From positions 53,816,001 to 53,880,000 of the forward strand of contig NC_082708.1 of assembly GCF_030144855.1 (NCBI RefSeq): a DNA stretch of 64,000 nt, written 5' to 3'. Under the pieces are notes generated by a model. The model had not been told where the DNA came from. It made no database searches and worked only from the letters and a program-made list of their open reading frames with translations. How positions within the stretch are numbered: the first letter of the stretch is position 1; every line of letters begins with the position of its first letter. Below are positions 1 through 11,800 of the stretch, piece after piece. This stretch comes from Hypanus sabinus (taxonomy: Eukaryota). Position numbers and translations under genes: made by a program.

Positions 1-770
1 CTGCAGACTTTTTATTTGTTATGGGTAAGGATACACTTTTTAAAATCTAGGACTTCTGCCTTGCCACTCTTCCATAAATATCCTTTTTGTGTACAGTCTT
101 TGTTACTGTGGAGCCAGGAACTTCACCTCTAGTTGCAACCACCTACTTCTGTAGCTCAGAGTGACTGTTGGCATCACAGTAACCTCTCTTAAAAGTATCA
201 TTCTTCTCTGGTGACTAGCTTTAGAAGGGCAGCCTGAACTCGGCAGTTTGGCTGTGGTTTCATACTTTTTCCACTTTGTCATGATGGACTGTATACTCAG
301 AGGAATGCATCTGAAATGGGCTTGTACCCTTCCCCAGATTTGTGCTTCTCTATTATCATTTCCCCGACTTGTCTTGAAAACGCTTATATCTGCATTTTGA
401 CTTGGTCTATTGAAAATCTACCATACTATTATAACTTACAGAGAGAGGAGGGTATTTGTTTGTATGAATTCATTGAAAACAGTTGATCTGCCAATTTTCT
501 ACATCAACAAATTGGGTGAGCTACAGTAATATAATGCACTCCAAAGAAGTTAGCGTAGTAAATAGGGGATGAATAGTTTTTCTGTGTCATAATTTTTAAG
601 TAAATTGTTAACAGGTTTTGGAATTTCTTAATTTGATATTATGCACAATGTTTGTAAATTAGCTCAGAAAATCCTACTTCAATACATCTTAAATTTAGAA
701 AATGAGACTGTAAAAAGTGAAAATACTTGTGGGGCCTGAGTGTATTTTTTTTAAAAAAGGCATTGAATAC
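1..770 (-). mobile_element. Degenerate Tc1-family DNA transposon (partial; runs off the window)
   Basis: Reverse complement of 56-180 aligns by eye with the Tc1 copy at 19690-19820 (GGxATTTATGGAAGAGTGGCAAGG); decayed terminal-like sequence near 730-770. Confidence 0.7.
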
Positions 771-2783
771 AATGAACTAAATGACTATGCTAAACAAATA
801 TGCATTTTAATACACATTAAGATTTCTTGCATGACTTGTTTTACATCCAATGTTTAACAAATTTTGGCAGTGATTCAGTTTCACTTTTCCCTATACAAGT
901 TCCATTAATTAAGAGCTTGCTAACTATAAAGCAGTACTTGGAAAACATCACCATGCCTCAACTAAATCAAAACCACATCATTACAAATACTAATTTCACA
1001 GCACAGAAGATTCATAAACTATAATCAGTATTAAATTTTAGCTTGAAATGCTCCAAAAATGAATTAGTTATTTAAAATGTGTATCTATTGGATTAACCAG
1101 TGTTCTCAATCAGGAGGCTGGATAATCGTTGCAAGCCATTAAACTTAAGTTATGTTTTCCATTATTAGCTAAGATGCCAACAAAATTCACTGTTAAGTAA
1201 TGTGACAACAATTGCATTAGTGGAGCATTTATACTCTGCATCAAAAATGCAATTTAGTACCAAATTATTTTACTTCAAGTATGGAAAGCTTTGCAATGTT
1301 ATGTGCATTGAAGGGGGAAGCAACATTGATGTTAGAATTGCGGGTATTTACTCAAAACCTAACCATGCTTGTACTCATGAACTCTAAAAAGCAGAAGTTC
1401 CAGCTGCTTATAGAGCTTAAAAGCAACTTGAACATGTACAGAAGTGAGTCTCTGGTGATGAAATTAAAGGACAAGAATACTTTTGAAAGAATGCCCATGG
1501 TGCTTGTTTAAGCATAGGCTTTCACACATTTGTTTTCTACATGTACAAGAATGTTGTATAACTTCAAACTTGAGTGAAAAAAAATTGACATGCAGAGACT
1601 GTTGTTTAAGTGCCCTCAGATATGTGATGAAAGCCACTCTACTTTTTCTTCTATCTACTGTACTATGAATTGTAACTGCACTTAAGCAAGGCATTACAGA
1701 AGAGGCAAACAAATGCTGTCATTAAAATAAACAAACACTCAATATTGACTTCAGTATTAGAAACCTCAATAGCTTCATAGTTTAATACGATTCTATGGAT
1801 AAAGATTCAGAAAATGAAACTATGCTGGCATTGACACCAGGAATTGATTGTCCACTCCAGGTACGAGGGCAATACAAGGAAAGATTAAATTAAGATATGA
1901 TATTACATGCATTCCATGAACAGAAAATTGTTGTGGCATTTTCATTTTACTTGTATGATAACCATAGCAACACCAACAAATCACAGCTAGTTAAAAGGCA
2001 AAATATCAATCAGTGATGAGAGCCATATTGTTAGCTGCTACAGTAGGAAAAGTTTGGAACATATAACCAGATGGACAACACTAATAAGACAGAGCTATCA
2101 TATGCTTTTGGGAGAACCATGGGAAAGTAACTAGCAAGGCAGATGATACCTTGAGGAAAGCAAATACAACCAATGAACCTGACTTATGGACATCACATGG
2201 AAGGGACAACACATGGAAATAATGAGCAAATGAAGTGTGTGGTGCACCTAAATAGCTAGTTTATTGGCAGAACCTTCTAGAAGGTGATGAGCTGAAGCAG
2301 GCACATGGAGAGGTAGTGGTAAATACAAGCAATGCTAGGAAGAGGCAGAAGTGAGAAAAACAAAAAAAGCAGAGATTCTGAGATGGTAGATTCACAGAAA
2401 GTACCAGTACACAAGATAGTTTCAGCAATCTGTCAGTATGATAGTATTCTACAATAATTATCAAATACAAAGAGCATTAGTGTATTGATTGGGCGATCTC
2501 TAATGGCATACATGGGGTGACCTAAAACTACCAGTGTAAAGGAAAAAACATTTGCATTATAAGTTGCTTTGAACTCTCTCAAAATACATGGCTAACGAGT
2601 TAAGATGTCTCAGTGCAGCCATTTCTACCCATCAGCCACCCTTAAAAACATGCTCAACGTTTTTCAAAAAGCCAAACAAAAAATTAAAATACATGCAGAA
2701 GTTACTGTGTTGTGGTAGTATATGCTTTGAAAAATGCCACTGCAGAATCATCCTACAATTCAGATACAAAATACCAGAAATAC

Positions 2784-2861
2784 CTTTATATTCACACCAT
2801 GGGATAGATGTGCTTGTCCAAAAGGCAGATGGATTAGATTTGAAAAGACTAAAATTAAACC
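2784..2861 (-). CDS. RANBP2: RANBP2 cassette exon in intron 20 (78 nt, phase 1-1): [26 protein letters not shown]
   Basis: Acceptor cttatttttag|GG and donor AAAG|gtattt; length divisible by 3; in frame with exon 20; resembles a recalled mammalian RANBP2/RGPD isoform peptide [18 protein letters not shown]. Confidence 0.82.
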
Positions 2862-5800
2862 CTAAAAATAAGAATGGGCACATAAGTGTCTAGTTGTAAA
2901 GAGGTAGCCAAAGGATCCTTTCCAAGCAAAGCACAAATTACTGAACGTTAGCTACTGACTCTTACCATTTATTCAAATCAAATGAAAAATTATATCCACC
3001 CCATTTAAATATACTCATAAATCAGCATTCATAACACATTAATAACCCAAAGAAATCATAATTAATACCATGCTGTTAAATGGTAATACCAGTATTTCTG
3101 AATGATAAAATGAAAATGCTTTGCCTTTATGACTACTGTTAAAATTTAAAATTCCCAGTGTTCAGATTTCCCCTTGTGCCTACCTAGGACTTCTCTAATC
3201 CAATCAGATTCTTGAGATTCTAATTTAATTTTTCTTGTGGACAATACAAGTTTATTCAATCATTGTGCCTGCAAGTAACTACTAGACTTCAGAATTGCAA
3301 GAAAGGCAGTTCCATAAAGAGAAACTGGATTATACTACACTAGGTACGTGCATTTCCTGTAGTCATCCTACCAAAAATAATGAATTTCCAGAAAAAAAAA
3401 TGAACAATGACATCAGAATTTCAGTGCAAGAGATTGAAACTTTATAATGGAAAAGCAGATCAATTTTGTTTTAAATCGAAAGGAACTCTGCAGAAAATTC
3501 TTTCATGTGATAAAATATGCATTAAGAATGCCTTTAACAAAGAAAATTGTTTGGAAATTCTTTTGAACAATGGTTGTGAAAACTTTTCTACAGAGTGGAC
3601 TTAAAAAGCACTCAGCCAGAAGTGATGACGCCAAGTTTGAGAAGTTATCAGAAAGGGAATACTGTGTGGCTAGGGTGGTTTTCCTTCTAAGAGCAGAAGG
3701 ATAATTGTGGAAGAATATCTAGCAAGAAATAGGTGTACAAAGGAGACAATGTGATCAAAGGCTGTTTTCAGTTTTCAGATAGAGTGACTTACCAGGTTGT
3801 GGTCTATTAAATAGAGTCTGCTTGGATTTATCTTCAGTTGCAAAAGCAGTTTCCACACATTCTGCTGTTGAATTTGAAAACAAGTTGGCCATTGACGAGA
3901 GAGATGCAGCTGCTTTACTAAAATCAAATCCACCATTAGCAACATCCTGCGGTTTATTCTTTACAGCAAAGGAGTCACTTTGCACTTGGTCTTTTAACGT
4001 TGAGCCTGTACTTTTAAAACTGAAACCAAAGGATCCAGCTGCTGAATTACCTAAAGTGAAGGGTCTCTCATTCTCACTGCTGAAAATGGTTTTCATAGAA
4101 GCACATCCAAATACGAACTTTAATGGAGGTGCTTCTGTCAAGCTAGTATTCGCTGACTTGACCGCACTATTTGAAATTGAAACATTACTATTTGTTTGCT
4201 CTGTCGTTTCCTTAATAGTCTCCTCTATCATTGACACTGAAATCTTACAAGGAGATTCCCTTGGGGTAGTTTCCCTTGAAGACAATGGTGTAACTAATGT
4301 CCCTTGTTCTTGAGCCTTCTTGGCTTCTTCAAAGAGGTCTCTGAAAGAGTTAGCAACCTCTTGTTGCTTAAAACGCACAGCTAACTGTTCCACCTTTGCC
4401 ACATCATCTGCAAAATCCATTACACTCCAAACAAAAGCTTTCTCAGTTCCTTTCATGGGCTCAATTTTTATATCTGGTGTCAGCCAGTGATTGGCACAAA
4501 TTTTCAACACCTGATCCCTTCTCATAACAATCCGAACTTTTTTGGTATCATAATTTTGTAAAATTTTCAGGTCCCCTATCCCCCTCTCTTTCCACTGGAC
4601 CATTTCCTTATCATAACGGTAAAGTTTAGCTCTGTGACAGAAGATAACTTGCTCATTTTCCTCTCCTGTTGCTACATCAATCAAATCAGGCAATGGAATA
4701 ACTGGTTCAAAATGCTGTATGTCCTTTTCTTCCTCTTGGCCAAATTCTGAGTCTTCATCTGTACCCACAGACAAACCACTCTGATTCAACTTCGGAGATT
4801 TTAATGGACTCAAACAGGGTTGGAAATTAAAATTAAAACCAGTTGCTGTATCACCAAAACGGAAAAGGTTTTTCCTCACTGGACTGCTAGTGTCAGGAGG
4901 TCCATACCCAGTGCTAGATACACTAGTATCCAAAGCTTCTTCACGTAGATCATAATTATCCCACTCCAAAGTAGGTCCAGTACTTTCAGAATGTGGTTTA
5001 ATTACTAAACCAGATGTACTGCTGCTTTCAGATACAGAACTCAATACATTCCCTTCATCCTGCAAGCTTCCTTTCTCATCTTTCAAGAAGTGTTTCAGGT
5101 CTTTTAAACCATTTTTCATTTCTTCAGCTTTCTGTATTAGCCGAGCAGTCTTACCATTGTCCAATAGTTTATGAGGTGTCTGTAGTGGTATATCCAACAG
5201 CAATCTTTGGAATTCCTCAAATTTTTCTTTAAACTCTTCAGCTAATTCAGGTGTTTTAAACTTTGCTGCTAGCTGCTCTGCCTTTGCCTCACCATCTGAA
5301 AAGTCACTAGCCAACCACATCCATGCCCTATCAGAGCCCATTAAGGGTTTGAGATTCATTGTTGTAGTTATCCAGTGATTTGCGCACACTTTTAAAACTT
5401 GCTCTCGACGCATTATTACTCGAAGCCGGCCATTGGCTTTGTTTTGGAGAACTTTGAGGTTTCCAACACCCCGCTCCTTCCACTGGCTGCTTTCTGAATC
5501 AAATCTAAATAGCTTAACTCTCTGTGAATAAAGTACCAATTCATCTTCTTCACCAGTAATCAGATCTACTTTTTCAGGCATAAGAACCACAGGTTCAAAA
5601 TGAATATTATCCCCCTCTTCAGTTTTGTACAGTTCATCATCTTCATCAGCAGAAGTAGCTGTTGTACATGTTGAAAACAATTGCTGACCTACTCCTTCAA
5701 AACCTTTGAAATTAGGATCTTTAGAGCCAAATTGAAAACCTTTATCTGCAGACTTTGCTAAATCAGCAAAAGTAGAGACATTCATATCATTACCTAGAAT

Positions 5801-8800
5801 AAAATCTTGACTTTGGTTTGAAATGGCAGAGTTTGGAACTTGATCTTTGTCTGATTGTGCAGTGATTCTGTCCCTCTCCTTTTGCTCAGCAAAGGCTTTT
5901 AAGAAGAGTGCAGCTGATCCTTGCTGACTAGTTTTTTTAGCAGAATCTTTGCATGTATCTGGCAAACCAAATGTGAAGTTACCACCTGAACTAGCTGAAG
6001 AAAATGTAAATGCAGGACTGGAAAACTGTCTTGAAGACTGAGATGATGATGGCTCAACCTTGAAGCCTGCAGTATTGTTTACACTACCATTCCCAAATTT
6101 AAAACTACTTGCTGGGAAGTTAACTTTAAATCCAAATTCAGGTGCATCTGATTTGGGGCAAGCTCGGCCAAGAGCAAATGTTGTGGTAGAAGCTGCTGAA
6201 ACTCCAACTGTTTTATTGCTTGCTCTGGGTGCCTGACAAGCAACACAGTTTGTCTTTTCTGGTTCATTTCTCACACAACATGAATCACAATCCCATTGTC
6301 CTTCCTTTCTGGAAAATAATTCTGCCAAGCTTTGTGTGGCGGGTTTCTCACTGGATGCTGGTTGGGCAACTGTAGTAACAACTGGAATTTTGTCATTGGG
6401 TTTCGATGCCTGACAGCTCATACATTTTGTCACTTCCAAATTTCTCTGCAAAGTGCTGCAATCACACTGTCCTTTTCTGGCAAATATTCCTTGTAATGTG
6501 TCTTGTGTCAAAGTAGATGTTCTCTCACTGAAGGCTGACTGGCCAAATGAAGTAACAATAGGAAGTTTGCCATTAGGTTTGGGTGCCTGAAAGGTTGCAG
6601 ATTTTGCATCAGTATTGGTAAGTTTGTCACCAAACCCTCTTGGCTTGGTAAAAGCTGTAATCTTCTCAGGTCCTTCAACTGCACTTCCATTTTGCACTAA
6701 TTTTGCAACTTCCATTTCTGAAGCAAAAGGTAAACTTTGTTTTCTATTAGTGACATTAGGGCTTTGGCAAGATTGACACATGGAATCTGAAGCAGTGTTT
6801 CGTACAAAACACGTGCTGCAATCCCACTCACCAGGTTTCTTAAAAAACTTTGCAGCAAATCCAGAGTCTTCAGTAGACTTAACAGTACCCAAGTTCACCA
6901 TATCAGACTTCAACTTGATTCCCATTTTCTGTTCTTGACCAAACAAACTGCTCAGTTTTAATTCATCATCTTTAACCAAGTTTTGTGCTTCTTCAAATTT
7001 GGCTTTGAACAATGCAGCCTCATCTGCTGTTTTAAAGCGAACAGCAAGTTGCTCAAATACTTGCTTTTCATCAGAATAATCCAAGGCACACCAGACCCAT
7101 GATTTATCAGATCCTTTATTTGGTTTCAACTTCATATCTGCAGTAATATAATGGTTTGCACAGATCTTAAGAACCTGATCTCGCCTCATTAGAAGCCGGA
7201 TTTTCCTGGAAGTCCTGTGTTGCAGTAGTTTTATGTACCCAATGCCTCGTTCCTTCCATTCTTTGGTCTCAGTGTCAAAACGGAAGAGTTTAGCTCTGTT
7301 GGAAAACAATAGTTCCTCATCTTCTTCTCCTGTTTTTACATCTACTTTGTCAGGAAGTGGTACAACTGGGTCAAAATGTGGCCCATCATCTTCATCAGGT
7401 ACACTGTCGCGATCACTTTCACCATCCTTGTCTTCAGCATTATCTCCACAAGTTGCTGGCTTGCCAGTATCCTTGAAACCAAATACCTGATTACTCAATA
7501 CATTGAATGTATTCTTATTTTGTCTTTGAGGCAAAACGTCATTAAAAGAATGCTGCTCTCCTTGGGAAAAGGGACTCTCTCGACTGTGCATTCCTTGTGT
7601 AGACATTTGCCCCAGAATCAAATCATTTTTTATAGGCCTTCCAGCAGTTAAAATTCCTAGGAGACTATCACTAGCAGATGATGGTGGTGCCTGGGCTTTC
7701 ATCTGTGGTGATGAGAATGTAAAATCTCCCTCATTATTCTTGAAATTTGAGTTAAATTTAAATGTTGTTGCTGGTGTTGAGTGCAATAGTCCAGTAACCA
7801 ATGAATTCTTTGCAGCTTCATTTTGTATTTGTTGATTAGGTGTTCCAAATCGTCCTTTAGTTTCCATAGGTTTCATAGGTTGCATTCCTACAGGCGGCTT
7901 AGTAAAGTAACCAGGCTCTGGCAAAGGTGGGTTTGTGCTTGTTTGTGGAATGCCATGGTTGTAGTAGTCTTCACCAAATGGAGAAAGCAATCCAGTTGCA
8001 GGAGATTCAAAATGCAATTGTGGCCCATACATATCCTGTGAATAAATACATGCCGAATTGGTTTGAATAGGAGGTGTGTGAGCTTGCTGCTGATATCCAT
8101 ACACAGACTGTTGCGGTGGAATCCGACCAATTCCATATGTAGGAGTCTGCTTCAAAACAAAAAAAAACACAATGTTAATCTGTCAATACATATACTTTTC
8201 CAAATAGAGAATATCACTTTGGTTACCTTGGTTGGAGCCACGTTGGTTGCTGCTCTAAGATGATATTGGGAATTGTACATTGGAGATTGATTGTAGAACA
8301 CAGTTGATCCTGAAGTAGCAACTGAGAGAATGTGTTTTAGTTTGTATCTTCATAAAATATCTCACTGACAAATATTAATGATTCACTCTATTATGGCATT
8401 CAAATTGCTTCAGGTAAAGTATAGTTTAAACTATTTGGCAAAGCTAAAACAATAATCTGAAGGCCGAGTAAATTAAATTAGAAGCCCTTGAGCCTGTTGC
8501 TGCCATTACTGGGTAATGTTTCTTAGTAAAAATTCTTTACAGTTTGCCTGAACAATCAAAAAATGAATTACAACTAAATTTATTTAAAAATATGAATGGC
8601 ATGCTATCACAAATTAAAAACTCAGTTGTAAACTACATTCAAGTGTTATGACCACAAAATTTGTTACAATTTAAATAATTATTTAAAGCCAAGTTATATT
8701 GCTAATTGAACATAAACAGATCAAGCAACACACAAGAAATGCTGGTGGAACGCAGCAGGCCAGGCAGCATCTATAGGGAGAAGCGCTGTCAATGTTTCGG

Positions 8801-11800
8801 GCCAAGACCCTTCATCAGAACCAACGAAGTCCTGACGAAGGGTCTCGGCCCGAAACGTTGACAGCGCTTCTCCCTATATATGCTGCCTGGCCTGCTGGTT
8901 TCCACCAGCATTTTGTGTGTGTTGCTTAAATTTCTAGCATCTACAGATTTCCTCGTGTTTGCCTTTTAAATAAACAGATCAATCGAGTTCTGTATTGGTA
9001 AATTACTTCAATACAAGATAAAAATGCCATTAACTTTATTTGCTGCATGGAACGGAAGTTCCAATGCCACCCATCAAAGCAGTTTACAGATGTCACTCCT
9101 TTATTATGAGACACTCACTTAATTGTTTGCTTCATAATTACCTGTTAAAGGTGGCCCCTGAAAACTTTGTACTCCTTGATAATTTTCTGTATGGGGATCA
9201 CAACTATCTGCTTGCCACTGGGGTCGTGGGGATTCTGTTGAACTTGAATTATTCATTTTCAGCTCACGGACTTCACCCTGGTAATATTTTGAATAAATAG
9301 CAAATTGTATCTGCTCTAGTTGTTTTAAAATGTACATATTTTAATGCATCAGACAAAAACATTAATAAGTTTCAAATCAGTTACTCAAAATGCATTTCCT
9401 AAGGAACCAAAATTCTCAGCACAACTTCACTACAGACTTAAATTACACATTCCCCCACCAACTCCCTCCCCCACCAACTCCCGCCCCCCCCATAAATTCT
9501 GAAAGTTAAACTATCCCAACACAAGGTATTACCAGTCAAATTTACATGGATCTTCTACTGCAAATTTTATCTATGCCTCAACTGGAATGACAAGCTTTTC
9601 ATTTGCTTTGACAGGAATCCGACATTCCCTGACATTCTTTAGAGTGCTTCTTGCACAAAAGAATCACGATGTATAAAGTTTGCATGCTGTCAGAAAACAA
9701 CATGCATATTTTGCATGCTGTTTAGGAGATCACAATGCTTTAAATGTTAAGCAACATGAAGTGCAGCAAAAAAAAGATACAAGAATCAGTGAAGATAACT
9801 TTTTTAACCAATTATTCCACAAACTCTTCATCAATCTACGCAAATTTCTACTTTTCTGAAGATGACATACCTTTAGCTGTTCCACTTGCTGGCAAAGCAT
9901 CTGAAGCAAATGTTTTTGATCTTCAGCCCAGCGTGGAGGAGTCTTTGGAGACCACTGAAGAAAAATCCCAAGTTAAACTCTCAAAAAATTTTCCTTCCTT
10001 TTGAAGTATGAACTAAACAATTCATGGAAGTTATTTCCAGCATTTAAAAACCCCTATTCAAAGTATTACCTCCCTCATGTGTAACAAACTTCTTAAATTC
10101 TTAAATATGTGCTATTTCATATTACTCACAATTTGGCCTAGGCAGAGCTAGCCCACCACTCCTAGTAACCCCACTTACTTCCCAATAATCTTTCCACTCT
10201 CACGTGCCCATCAACTCCATCACAATTATCCCACCTATACTCAGTAACTTACAGCAGCCAAGTAACATACCAAATAACTTCAGGATGTCAGAGAAAATCA
10301 AAACATCTAGGGAAAATGTCTCAGACACCATTTGCTGTCAGTATTAAAAACAGATGCTGGAGAAGTAGCACTACCTGTTAAGTCACTGCACTGCCAATGA
10401 AATTGTAAATCTTGCTTAATCATTACAATTTCTGTTTAAGGCAAAGCATTAATAAGGAATAGCTTCCAACAGATTAAGTGCCTCAGTAAATAAGTTCGTG
10501 ATCAGTGCAAAAGCAATCTTTGCTTTCCCGTATGCACCTGAAGTCCAATGCCACAAACTGTAATAGCATCAAGCTAACATTAACACAAAGATATTGCAGC
10601 TCGGAGCAGCATTCGGAGTTCCAAATCCGACATCATCTATAAGGAATCTATACATTCTTCCCATGAAATGTATTGATTTTCTCTGTTTCCTCCAGTTTCC
10701 TCACAATCCAAAGATGTGCTGGTTATTGGTAATTGTAAATGGACCCAATTAGGTTAGGTTTAAAAAATTGGGGCAGGGTGGAGGTAGCTGGGCAGTGCAG
10801 CTCAAAGTGCCACACTGCATCTCTAAATAAATTATAAATACAACATCACTAATATTGAAGCATGTCCTTCACCCCAAGTACATAACTAAAATGAATAGGG
10901 ATAGAAAGAATTGAGTCAGGAATGGCATTACACTTATTAGACGAGACTATAAATTTTCATATTAAATCTATGAAGTTAAAGTTTACAAATTTATTTGTTG
11001 CAGACTTAAAACAATTTGAAAAGAATTTACCTTGTAACTTTTGGTTGGCGATGGACTAAGCTTTACTGGAGATAGGGTAGAATGTTTCACTGGAGTCAAC
11101 TCTGGAGAAGTGCTGTTTTCAGCTATCTGGGAAAATGTGTTGTCTTCTTCACCCTGGTCAAGCTCATCATTATTATATTCTTGAAGATGCTGACTTACCA
11201 ATTCTAGCATTTCTTTTACTGCATCTAAAGGTACAGGCAACTGGGGATGAAAGGTTGCATAAATAATTAAACCAAAGGTTTAGGATGACCAAGGGGGAAT
11301 TGAAAATATTTAAATATTTTCACAGCAACAGTGGAAATTATGCAAGACACAGCTTTTCACTGTACCTCAGTAAGACAATAAATCAATTTTAATTTTAAAT
11401 TAGAACACAGAGACAAGCAAGTAAATCACAATAACATGAAGTCTTGGAAATTGGATGAAGATTAGGAATGACCTCCTGTTGTGCAATATTCAGAAAGAGA
11501 GATGAAAACTACAGAAACATGCATATGCAAAAGAAGAATCTAAATGTAATCTGTAAAGATATGACTGCAAACAGCAGGCAGCAAGACGAGATGATGCCAA
11601 TGGACTATGCTCTATTTTTGATTGATCAAAAAACGGACAAGAGTTGTTTTGGAAGAGTAGCTTATCAAATACTGAAATTAATTTGAAACATTCTAAAACA
11701 GCAATTGAGATAACCAATTAATTTGCTTTAGTGGCACTGGATGGAAAAGTTTCCACTTTAAATGGACTGATCAGGGAAAACTAATTTACATTTAACTGTT

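Noticed and set aside
1-2780. RANBP2 exon 21 (IR1 region)
   Set aside because: No LPPTFF-like coding segment found; it presumably lies beyond the window start.
8147-8170. N-terminus MFFFVLKQ of the 1471-aa ORF as a translation start
   Set aside because: It is the polypyrimidine tract of intron 19; the ORF is an internal exon.
3822-8263. Plus-strand ORFs overlapping exon 20
   Set aside because: Antisense shadows of the RANBP2 coding sequence with no recognisable domains.
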